From the NCBI GenBank assembly GCA_017450205.1, contig JAFSVF010000024.1, positions 7,996-71,995 on the forward strand: 64,000 nt of DNA. Reading direction: 5' to 3'. This document shows, in pieces, positions 35,848 through 44,050 of this stretch. Each line of letters begins with the position of its first letter. The stretch's first letter is position 1. The notes below the pieces were generated by a model. That model did not search any database. It saw only the letters and a list, made by a program, of their open reading frames with translations, and had not been told where the DNA came from. This DNA is from Bacilli bacterium (GTDB lineage Bacteria > Bacillota_I > Bacilli_A > RF39 > UBA660). The position numbers and the translations under genes are program-made.

Positions 35848-38094
35848 TTATTTATGTAACTCTTTAGCATCTTCATCTTCATTATCAGATGTATTTGCCA
35901 TTTCTTCAACGAAGTCATTAACAATTTTTTCATTAGTTGCTCTGTTAGAAGCTGCAGGAGCAGGAGTTTCAGCTTTTGGTGCTGCTTTAGGCTCTTCTTT
36001 TGGAGCCTCAGTTTTTGGTGCTTCTGCTTTTGGTTGTTCAGCAGGAGCGGCAGCCTTAGGTGCAGCTTGTTTTTCTCCTTCTTCATCAAACTTCTTACCA
36101 GTTTCATTTGGATCTGGTAAATCATCTTCAGTCTTAACATCACTATCATCAGTAGTAATATTTTCTACAGAATCATTTAAGTTACCTTGATCATCTTTAT
36201 GTTCATCATCAAATGTAACATTATGATCACCAAAGTCTGATTCATTAACTGGAGTTGTAGGTTGTTGTTCTTCTGCAGGCTTACCTTCATTTTCTTCTTT
36301 AATTTCTTGATTATGCTCAATTTTATCATTAGCATCTTCAATTTTATCTTGAAGGTCTTCCTCTTCTTGTTTGATTTCTTCTTGAATCTCATCAGCTTTT
36401 TTGTCTTCTTCGTCTTGCATATCTTGACGAGTTTCTTCTGCCTCTTTTTCTGCTTCTTCTTTAGCCTCTTCGTTTTCTTTTTCTATTTTTTGATCGATTT
36501 TATCTTTTTCTTCATCTGGAATTTCTTTTTCTGTACGAGTTTCTTCAGTTCTTGTAGTTGTCTTTGTCTTCTTCCATGATCTAGTACGTGTATATGTTTT
36601 AGTAGTATAGTATACTGATCCAACATAATATCCTTCTTCATCCAAACTAAATTTACCATTTACTATTTCTTGGAATCTATCTAATGCAGATAACTCTCTA
36701 TGTGCATCATCGATATTATAAGCACCTTTATTAGTTAAATCCTTAATCATAGCACTTTCATATTGATCATATCTTGGATTAGTTTTATCACTATTACTAA
36801 TTGCACCCATAGTAATTTGTTGAATTATTTCAAATTTAGCTTCTGCAACATTGCATAATCCTAAATCATTGAAATAATCTATTTCACCTTTAGCAACGCC
36901 AACATTTCCATTTAAAATAATTTCAATTAATTCTTCCTTAGATAATTCATTAACATTAATATCACCTAAGAAATATGCAGTAACTGCTCCTTGTAATGTT
37001 TCATCTACTTCTAAGTTTTGGAATAACATTTCAGAAGCAGCAACAATTGGTGTAATTGCTAACTTATATGATTCAATTTTAGCATGTGCACCTGAGTGAG
37101 ATATACCAACTTCACGTTCATCTGGATTGATTGGGAAATCAGATAACAACTCACTATGCATTTCATTAACAATGGCAATTTGCTCATCACCAGTTGCTTC
37201 TTTAGCTCTTAAGAATAAATTATGATATTTTTCATAGAAAGCTTTTCCTTCTTCATCAATAATAAGACCACTCATATCAACTGGATGCTCTCTATCTTCA
37301 ATAACGTGAGCTCCCATTAATTGTAATGTAGCTGTCTTATAATCGCTATCTAATTCTGCTGCAGTAATTGCCTTACCATTAAATATAGCTTTAATTTCTT
37401 CTGGTGTAAAATCATTATAAGCTTGAGATAAAGCTACTACTTCTTCAAAGGATAAAGCTGCTCTAATATCTTTATCTTCTTCTAAGTAATTTTCAGCAAA
37501 ATCTACATTATAGCCATATAAAGCATCATGTACTCTTTGCATTTCAGCTTTTTGAGCTTCATTATTTGTTACTTCAAGTAATTCTTCATATGTATAACTA
37601 TCATAAAAATTATTATCGTTTTCTACTTCTTCACTAGTAGTAGTTGAATTCTTGCTTGAGAAAATATTATTAGCAACATCTCCACTTTTAGCTATTTTAG
37701 ATAATCCATACACAGATGCTCCTAAACCAACTACACCAGCAACAAATCCAGCAGCTACTCTAAGATTAAATGGAATCTTTTTCTTTTTCTTTTCAGACTT
37801 AACTTCTCTTTTAGCAAAAACTTCATTTAAATCAATATTATTTGTTTCTTCTTCAACAAAACTATGTTTTTCTTTTAAATCCTTTTTAGATCTTTCAAAG
37901 AAAATAATATCATTGTTTCTTAAATTAGAAGAAGTCATTTTTCTTTCTAAAGCTGTTTTTGCAGCTAATCTTTTAGCATCTTCATAAGATACTATTTCTC
38001 TACTACCATCAGTATAGAAAACGCATGCTTGTTTTTCATTATTTTCAGTATCTTCATTAAAGAAGAATACTATTTTTTCAACATCTATTACCAT
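35848..38094 (-). CDS. single-pass membrane protein with helical ectodomain and acidic / Ala-Pro-Lys-rich C-terminal low-complexity tail
   Basis: 748 aa. TM helix VAAGFVAGVVGLGASVYGL. The C-terminus carries E/K/D-rich runs and AAPKAAAPAEQPKAEAPKTEAPKEEPKAAPKAETPAPAAS. GGGGGA SD. Confidence 0.6.
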   Translation of the reverse strand: MVIDVEKIVFFFNEDTENNEKQACVFYTDGSREIVSYEDAKRLAAKTALERKMTSSNLRNNDIIFFERSKKDLKEKHSFVEEETNNIDLNEVFAKREVKSEKKKKKIPFNLRVAAGFVAGVVGLGASVYGLSKIAKSGDVANNIFSSKNSTTTSEEVENDNNFYDSYTYEELLEVTNNEAQKAEMQRVHDALYGYNVDFAENYLEEDKDIRAALSFEEVVALSQAYNDFTPEEIKAIFNGKAITAAELDSDYKTATLQLMGAHVIEDREHPVDMSGLIIDEEGKAFYEKYHNLFLRAKEATGDEQIAIVNEMHSELLSDFPINPDEREVGISHSGAHAKIESYKLAITPIVAASEMLFQNLEVDETLQGAVTAYFLGDINVNELSKEELIEIILNGNVGVAKGEIDYFNDLGLCNVAEAKFEIIQQITMGAISNSDKTNPRYDQYESAMIKDLTNKGAYNIDDAHRELSALDRFQEIVNGKFSLDEEGYYVGSVYYTTKTYTRTRSWKKTKTTTRTEETRTEKEIPDEEKDKIDQKIEKENEEAKEEAEKEAEETRQDMQDEEDKKADEIQEEIKQEEEDLQDKIEDANDKIEHNQEIKEENEGKPAEEQQPTTPVNESDFGDHNVTFDDEHKDDQGNLNDSVENITTDDSDVKTEDDLPDPNETGKKFDEEGEKQAAPKAAAPAEQPKAEAPKTEAPKEEPKAAPKAETPAPAASNRATNEKIVNDFVEEMANTSDNEDEDAKELHK

Positions 38095-38106
38095 AATTTA
38101 TTCCCC

Positions 38107-40149
38107 CTACTTTTGTTTTTTGTTTCCTGTTTTAACCCAACCATTATTAAGTAATGTTAAGTCATTTTCAGTACTCCATCTATATTTAGTTATTGCTCCA
38201 CTAATTAAATCTCTAGTCTTTGTACTTTGATAACAAACAGTACCATATAAAGGTTCTCTTCTAGTAGCTTTATCAGTTACAGTTACATAACCATAAATTG
38301 GTATTGTTTTATATACATATTCACCACAACTAGCTTCTGTAGTTGTTGTTGTACTAGATGATGTAGAAGTTGAAGTAGAACTTGTTACATTACCAGGTGT
38401 AGTTGTAGAAGATACACTACTTAATCCACCTACATATGTATATGAATCATAATAATAATTAGGTAATGTTTGACAAGTATCTGAACAATTACTATAGTCA
38501 GCACCTACAAATTTATAACTCTTTGATGCTGTATCAGATGGTGGATTTTTATAACTTGCTCTACCATTATATACCCAAGATCCAGTTGAATGTCTTGTTA
38601 CTGATGTAATTGTATCAGTTTCAGTATATGTAGTAGTTGTCTTTGTAACATAGATTGTCTTATTAATTTCTACATAATTATATTTAGAACATGATTTCTT
38701 TGTATAAGATCCAGTTCTTCTTAATTCAGATCTTTCTCTTGCATAAGTTTTATCATATTCACCAATTTTTTGTTTTTGTTTATAGATTTGTAATTTTCTT
38801 AAACAATTAACATCACTGTTACTACAATTAATTTCTTTAGTAGCACAGTCAGTCTTTGCCCAAGCACTCCAATCTGTCCAATTTGAGAACTCTGCATCCT
38901 TAGTCTTTTTATACTCATATAAGTATTCTATTTCTGGTTCACAGGCTTTCTTGTAAGCTTCATAAGAAACTACATTACCTTTGTCATCATACCATTTACC
39001 ATCGAACTTACCACAATAGTGATGTTCTTCTTGACCACAGGCTTTCTTATAAGCTTCATAAGAAACTACATTACCTTTATCATCATAGTATTTTCCATCA
39101 TATTTAACACAATAGTGTTTTTCTTCAGGAATAGTACAATCTTTTTCATACTTCTCTTTTGTTGTTACTTTTCCATCACTATCATAATATTTACCATTAT
39201 AGTATACACAATAGTGATGTTCTTCAGGTTCACAAGCTTTCTTATATTTTTCATAAGAAACTACATTACCTTTATCATCATAGTATTTACCATCATATTT
39301 AACACAATAGTGTTTATTTTCAGGTTTATCACATACTTTCTTATATTCTAAGTATGAAACAACTTTACCCTTATCATCATAATATTTACCATCATGTTTA
39401 ACACAATAATATTTCTTATCTGGTTTTGTGATACATTGTTTCTCATATTCTGCTTTAGAAACAACCTTACCATTTTTATCATAGTATTTACCATTTTTAT
39501 ATTGACATTTTACTGTTACATGAATAACAGGTGTAACATCCTTTGGTGGATAATAAACTCCATTATCAATATAACCCTTTATTGGTACATAACTTGTTAC
39601 TGTTGATCCTTTAATAGGAACATTAGTAGTTAATTGCTTTTGACATAGTGCTCCTTCACAATATGTGTAGCAACCTAGATGAACTAGAATATAATCTTCT
39701 CTTTCACTATCTTTTAAGTTAACTTTTAGAATATATTCATCATCAACTTTAGTTATTTTTACATAACTCTTTTCAACATCACAAGCTTTATTATTCTTAT
39801 CTATTAATGCAATGATAATTTTCTTACCAATCATATCACTTAATGTCATAGTATCTGAATCACCTACATTTTTAGGTAATCTTTCATCTGTATAATATGA
39901 TATAGCAGCATTTTTCATCCTCTCTAAGTTGTCTGCAAAAATTTGTGATGTAAGTGCACTAATTCCAGTAGTATCACAAGTACTAGTAGTGCAAGCTTTT
40001 CCATCTTTATTGTTATAGTTAACTACTGATGGTTTCATAAACTTAGGTAGTAACCAACACAATAAAAAGACAAATATTATAACTAGAATTAGTTTTAATA
40101 TAAAGTCTCTAATTGGAAAACCTCTTCTTTCATAATCATTTACGTGCAT
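38107..40149 (-). CDS. membrane-anchored protein with six Cys-bracketed ~32-aa repeats and a Ser/Thr-rich region
   Basis: Start moved to M16 (GAGGGGAG SD). TM helix ILKLILVIIFVFLLCWLL, then repeats and an STTTPGNVTSSTSTSTSSSTTTTTE stretch. Confidence 0.6.
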   Translation of the reverse strand: MHVNDYERRGFPIRDFILKLILVIIFVFLLCWLLPKFMKPSVVNYNNKDGKACTTSTCDTTGISALTSQIFADNLERMKNAAISYYTDERLPKNVGDSDTMTLSDMIGKKIIIALIDKNNKACDVEKSYVKITKVDDEYILKVNLKDSEREDYILVHLGCYTYCEGALCQKQLTTNVPIKGSTVTSYVPIKGYIDNGVYYPPKDVTPVIHVTVKCQYKNGKYYDKNGKVVSKAEYEKQCITKPDKKYYCVKHDGKYYDDKGKVVSYLEYKKVCDKPENKHYCVKYDGKYYDDKGNVVSYEKYKKACEPEEHHYCVYYNGKYYDSDGKVTTKEKYEKDCTIPEEKHYCVKYDGKYYDDKGNVVSYEAYKKACGQEEHHYCGKFDGKWYDDKGNVVSYEAYKKACEPEIEYLYEYKKTKDAEFSNWTDWSAWAKTDCATKEINCSNSDVNCLRKLQIYKQKQKIGEYDKTYARERSELRRTGSYTKKSCSKYNYVEINKTIYVTKTTTTYTETDTITSVTRHSTGSWVYNGRASYKNPPSDTASKSYKFVGADYSNCSDTCQTLPNYYYDSYTYVGGLSSVSSTTTPGNVTSSTSTSTSSSTTTTTEASCGEYVYKTIPIYGYVTVTDKATRREPLYGTVCYQSTKTRDLISGAITKYRWSTENDLTLLNNGWVKTGNKKQK
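38935..39513 (-). repeat. tandem coding repeat, 6 units of ~96-99 nt
   Basis: The consensus unit is HYCVKYDGKYYDDKGNVVSYEAYKKACEPEE. The units are also highly similar at the DNA level. Confidence 0.85.
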
Positions 40150-40190
40150 ATTTCCGAACTCCCCTCTGTTCACATGTAGTTGATATAATA

Positions 40191-40214
40191 ACAAAAAAAC
40201 CTTGAAAAGTCAAG
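40191..40214 (-). terminator. terminator after the Smr gene
   Basis: CTTGA-CTTT-TCAAG hairpin followed by GTTTTTTTG on the minus strand. It overlaps the TGA stop. Confidence 0.5.
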
Positions 40215-40470
40215 ATTTTTTTCTAATAGATACAATTGTCATACCATCATTAAAGTTATCAATATGAAATTCTTCAACAAATTTATTTGCTCGTAATGTA
40301 CTTTGAGTAGTCTTTTTTATAATACCTGTACCATTCCCATGAATAATAATCACTTTTTTATTCTTTATTTTATAATTATCATAAATAAAATCATTTATAA
40401 GAATTCTAGCATAATCACGATCATATCCATGTAAGTCTAAAGTAGGTAAATTACTATATAGCTGTATCAT
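40210..40470 (-). CDS. Smr-domain protein
   Basis: 86 aa with LDLHG and IIHGNGTG motifs. Confidence 0.7.
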   Translation of the reverse strand: MIQLYSNLPTLDLHGYDRDYARILINDFIYDNYKIKNKKVIIIHGNGTGIIKKTTQSTLRANKFVEEFHIDNFNDGMTIVSIRKKS

Positions 40471-41350
40471 AATTTACAACTTCATCCAATAATGGTATTG
40501 AATATCGAGAACCAATTCTAGTTACTGAGATAGCTGATGTAATTGAAGCAAATTTAATAGTATCAAGTAATGAATAACCATTAGCCATAAAATATGTAAA
40601 TGCTCCATGAAAAATATCACCAGCACCAGTAGAATCTAATGCTTTAACACTTATTGATGGAACAATTTGTAAAACACCATCAATTTCAGTATAACTACCA
40701 GCAGCCTCCAAAGTAATTATAATATTAGTTTCAAAATACTCTTTTAATTCATTATATATTTTTTCTAATTCATCCAAATTATTAATATCAATTTTTTTAT
40801 TAGTAAATTCTTCTGCAAAATCTTTAGAACATACTAAATAAGTTACTTTTTTTCCTAAAGCTCTAGTATCATCATTTAATCGTCCAGCATCTAAAACGCT
40901 TAAAGCCCTAGGATTACTATCTAATAACTCATGAGCTGATTCTGGATGTTCTCCATCAATTAAAATAACATCAGCAGGTATACAAAGTGATTTAGATAGT
41001 TTTCTAACCGCTTCATCTTTTGCTGATAAAACAGTCCTAGAACCTTTGCTCATATTAGCAATGATATAACTACTAGTTGTCATATGATTTTCCATCTTCT
41101 CAATATATGAAGTATCAGCACCTATATTCTTAAATTCCTCAATTATTTGATCTGCATAGTAATCATTACCAACTACAGAAGCCATTGTTACATTCATTCC
41201 CCATTTGGCTAATAAATATGCTCCATTAGAAGCAGGTCCACCACCACACTCTATATGATGATCTAAACGATATTTAATATTTTCAATAGGATATTCTTTC
41301 ATTGGTAAAGTAGTATCAAAAGTTGAATGTCCAACACAAACTACCTTCAT
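40454..41350 (-). CDS. PfkB-family carbohydrate kinase
   Basis: Start moved to M4 (GAGGTGG SD). GGGPASN and DSTGAGDIFHGAF. Confidence 0.8.
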   Translation of the reverse strand: MKVVCVGHSTFDTTLPMKEYPIENIKYRLDHHIECGGGPASNGAYLLAKWGMNVTMASVVGNDYYADQIIEEFKNIGADTSYIEKMENHMTTSSYIIANMSKGSRTVLSAKDEAVRKLSKSLCIPADVILIDGEHPESAHELLDSNPRALSVLDAGRLNDDTRALGKKVTYLVCSKDFAEEFTNKKIDINNLDELEKIYNELKEYFETNIIITLEAAGSYTEIDGVLQIVPSISVKALDSTGAGDIFHGAFTYFMANGYSLLDTIKFASITSAISVTRIGSRYSIPLLDEVVNYDTAI

Positions 41351-41452
41351 AAATTCCACCTCAATAATATTATATCAAATAAATATTAATACTTCTAAAA
41401 ATCAAATTAATTATTTGTAAATTGACAAAGAAAAAAGCTATTGCTAGCTTTA

Positions 41453-42112
41453 TTACGATAACTTTTTAGAAAGATATAAGAATGGAGTATCACAAAGTGC
41501 AATAACTATTTCAATAATTGTCGTTGTAGTTGCAATTGAAATAATTACAGACATAGGAAATATTCCAATAAATGCCAAGGTATTGAAGAAATAGTTTTCA
41601 ATACAATTACAAGCTATTGTAGACAAATTATTTCTTAACCACATCTTTTTAGGATATTTATCTTTTAACTTATTATAGATATGAATATCTGCCATATTAC
41701 TTATAAAGAACATTATCATACTAGCACTAATAGTTCTAATACTAATACTAAATAAAGTCTTCATTGCATCATTAACAACATCATCAGCACTAGGAATAAA
41801 TAATAATGTAAGTTGAGTAACAATAATAAATGTAATGCCACTAAAAATACTTATATAAACTCCCTTCTTAGCATCTTTTTTACTATACTTTTCTGACATA
41901 ATATCAGTTGCTAAGAAAGTAGATGCAAATAAAACATTTCCTAAACTAGTTGTAAAATTAAACACACCAATCATTTTACAAACAGTTAAATTAGCAAGTA
42001 TAGTTGCAATACTAAGCCAAACATATAATCCTTCTTTTTTAAATAGTTTTTCTATCAATACTACTAAACTAAAAGTTACAATAATATTAATAAACCCAAA
42101 TAAAATATTCAT
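41453..42112 (-). CDS. queuosine-precursor transporter (YhhQ/DUF165, VUT family)
   Basis: 219 aa, 6 TM helices. The N-terminal pattern resembles YhhQ-type proteins. Confidence 0.7.
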   Translation of the reverse strand: MNILFGFINIIVTFSLVVLIEKLFKKEGLYVWLSIATILANLTVCKMIGVFNFTTSLGNVLFASTFLATDIMSEKYSKKDAKKGVYISIFSGITFIIVTQLTLLFIPSADDVVNDAMKTLFSISIRTISASMIMFFISNMADIHIYNKLKDKYPKKMWLRNNLSTIACNCIENYFFNTLAFIGIFPMSVIISIATTTTIIEIVIALCDTPFLYLSKKLS

Positions 42113-42120
42113 AAAAATCT

Positions 42121-42160
42121 CCTTCCCTTTTTTATACTAGGATGTGTAGGTTAACTAGTA
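42121..42160 (-). promoter_or_regulatory. candidate preQ1-I riboswitch in the 5' leader of the transporter gene
   Basis: Minus strand TACTAG-TTAACCTACACATC-CTAGTA-TAAAAAAGGGAAGG. This is a 6-bp P1 stem, a CTACAC-containing loop, and an A-rich tail running into the SD. TATAAT lies just upstream at 42171-42176. Confidence 0.45.
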
Positions 42161-42234
42161 CTAGATAATTATAATATATATTTTGCAAATATCAAGTATT
42201 TTAATAAAAAAGACTAGGTTTTCCTAATCTTTTT

Positions 42235-42741
42235 CTATTTTAAATCACGATCATAACACTTTCCACCTTGTGACTCATATACACTCTTAATTTTTTCAAA
42301 GTCTTCTGGCGGAGTATTCATAAACACTGTTTCATCATTTAATTCGCAAATTGCCATTACACTACGAAACCCATCATATTTTTTGTTGCTTTCTTTGTTG
42401 GAAATTAATTTATTAAGAGTTAAAAATATCAATATCAAGAAAACAGACACGAGCAAAACAGATAGTAGCATTCCTAACATAATTCGATTTAATTTAAGCA
42501 TATTGTGATTGCTCTTATTAGTTTTATCCAATAATACATCTTTTAAATCATTATCAACCAATTCATCTAAACTAATATTAAATATATTAGACAATTCTTT
42601 AGCTTGTTTTAAATCAGGACTAGATTCATTTAATTCCCAATTACTTATTGTTTGTCTAGTAACACCTATCTTTTCAGCTAGCTTTTCTTGTGACAATTTC
42701 ATTTCTTTTCGAAGTTCATAAATTCTATTACCAATTGGCAT
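42235..42741 (-). CDS. membrane-tethered XRE-family HTH protein
   Basis: Start moved to M6 (GAGGAG SD). LSQEKLAEKIGVTRQTISNWE HTH followed by one TM helix. Confidence 0.7.
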   Translation of the reverse strand: MPIGNRIYELRKEMKLSQEKLAEKIGVTRQTISNWELNESSPDLKQAKELSNIFNISLDELVDNDLKDVLLDKTNKSNHNMLKLNRIMLGMLLSVLLVSVFLILIFLTLNKLISNKESNKKYDGFRSVMAICELNDETVFMNTPPEDFEKIKSVYESQGGKCYDRDLK

Positions 42742-42792
42742 ATTATCACTCCTCATAAAAAGTATAGCACATTTATCAAGTAAATAATAGAT

Positions 42793-43359
42793 TTACTTTA
42801 GTTTTATATTATGCTTTTTTAAATACATTTCTGGTTTTCCAATATTAAGTTCTTTTGATACTTTAATATTTAATTTATCAATAAATGTTTGAATCTCACT
42901 CTTTATTTGTTTTACATCAACATCATCAGTAGTACAATATTCTACTTCCATAAACAAACCTAAATCTTTAACATTTTCAAGTACTATCTCATAATCATTA
43001 TATTTATAAGCTTCTTTTAAATTATCTATTTCAATAAATTTCTTTAAACCCAATTTAGTAAAAATTTCTCTTAATATTTCGATACTTTCAATATTCGTTT
43101 CATATTCATTAGAATATAGCCATTTTCCATTATCAAAAACATCATCTTTATATGTAATACTATACTTATCGTTAACAGTTCTTAATCTTAAACAATGATT
43201 TATTTGATTATCTTTATCTGGTTTTAAAGTATTTCTTTTAGGATCATAATAGTATTCATCTACTGTTCTTTTTAGACCTAGATATTCAAATTCACTAAAT
43301 TTCTTCTTAATACTATCAATACTTTCATATACTTCTACTAATATTTCTATTTCTTTCAT
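42793..43359 (-). CDS. CYTH-domain protein (CyaB/triphosphate-tunnel family)
   Basis: N-terminal KEIEILVEV, then CLRLRTV..YSITYK and a late FMEVEY. Confidence 0.55.
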   Translation of the reverse strand: MKEIEILVEVYESIDSIKKKFSEFEYLGLKRTVDEYYYDPKRNTLKPDKDNQINHCLRLRTVNDKYSITYKDDVFDNGKWLYSNEYETNIESIEILREIFTKLGLKKFIEIDNLKEAYKYNDYEIVLENVKDLGLFMEVEYCTTDDVDVKQIKSEIQTFIDKLNIKVSKELNIGKPEMYLKKHNIKLK

Positions 43360-43361
43360 AT

Positions 43362-44003
43362 TTACCTCTTTGAAAACTCCTTATTTACCTTTGGCATTTC
43401 TTTATCAAATCTAACAATCTTTTCTACCATTATGTTTTGTTCTTTACAAAGTTCTTCATACTTATCATCCCAGGATAAATTATATGCTTCCTTTATATTA
43501 AAGTTAAGTTTATCTAACCAATCTTTAATAACTTCTTCAGCTACTTTAGTACTACTTTTATTCTCTATTTCAATACATAAACCAAAGGGATATTCATCAA
43601 GAACTATTTCAACATCTTCATTCTTATATACTGAACGATATCTTTCATAACTTTCTACAAGTTCTAAATGTAAAACTTTTTCTAATATTAAACATAAATT
43701 ATCATACTCTTCAGGATTAATTGATATTTCTATTTCCTCCTCATTATGAATTAACTCATTACTGTTTAATCTTTTTTTCCATGTAATCATACATTTAGAA
43801 ATACTATCTCCAATAGTTTTACGAACCCTAAAGCGACCATCTATATCTTTACTATAAAAATCATATTCTTTCATTGGATGATTATATTGATCAGTAATTT
43901 CATAAAAACGTCCTTGAAATTCAAGTTCTTTAAAAGTATCTAAGTATTTAATAATATTATCTTTACTAGTACTAGAATAATAAAATCTAACTTCTGTTTC
44001 CAT
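43362..44003 (-). CDS. CYTH-domain protein (second, divergent copy)
   Basis: N-terminal ETEVRFYY, then RFRVRKT..CMITWK and GLCIEIE. Its stop lies 2 nt from the next CYTH start. Confidence 0.5.
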   Translation of the reverse strand: METEVRFYYSSTSKDNIIKYLDTFKELEFQGRFYEITDQYNHPMKEYDFYSKDIDGRFRVRKTIGDSISKCMITWKKRLNSNELIHNEEEIEISINPEEYDNLCLILEKVLHLELVESYERYRSVYKNEDVEIVLDEYPFGLCIEIENKSSTKVAEEVIKDWLDKLNFNIKEAYNLSWDDKYEELCKEQNIMVEKIVRFDKEMPKVNKEFSKR

Positions 44004-44026
44004 GTAATCACCAAGTACATTATAAC

Positions 44027-44050
44027 ATAAAAAACGACATATAGTCGTTT
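44027..44050 (-). terminator. terminator after the metallophosphoesterase gene
   Basis: AAACGAC-TATAT-GTCGTTT hairpin followed by TTTT, then TGTTATAAT. Confidence 0.65.

Noticed and set aside
35733-36579. ORF-track entries 35733-36149, 36177-36392 and 36262-36579 (and 37652-37987)
   Set aside because: They are alternative-frame or antisense ORFs inside the low-complexity Lys/Glu-rich part of the 748-aa gene. Their products are homopolymer-like (L/K/Q or F-rich), and they have no SD.
39019-39606. Plus-strand ORFs 39019-39351 and 39394-39606
   Set aside because: They are antisense to the tandem repeat region of 38107-40149. Their I/F-rich translations are an artefact of the AT-rich repeat.
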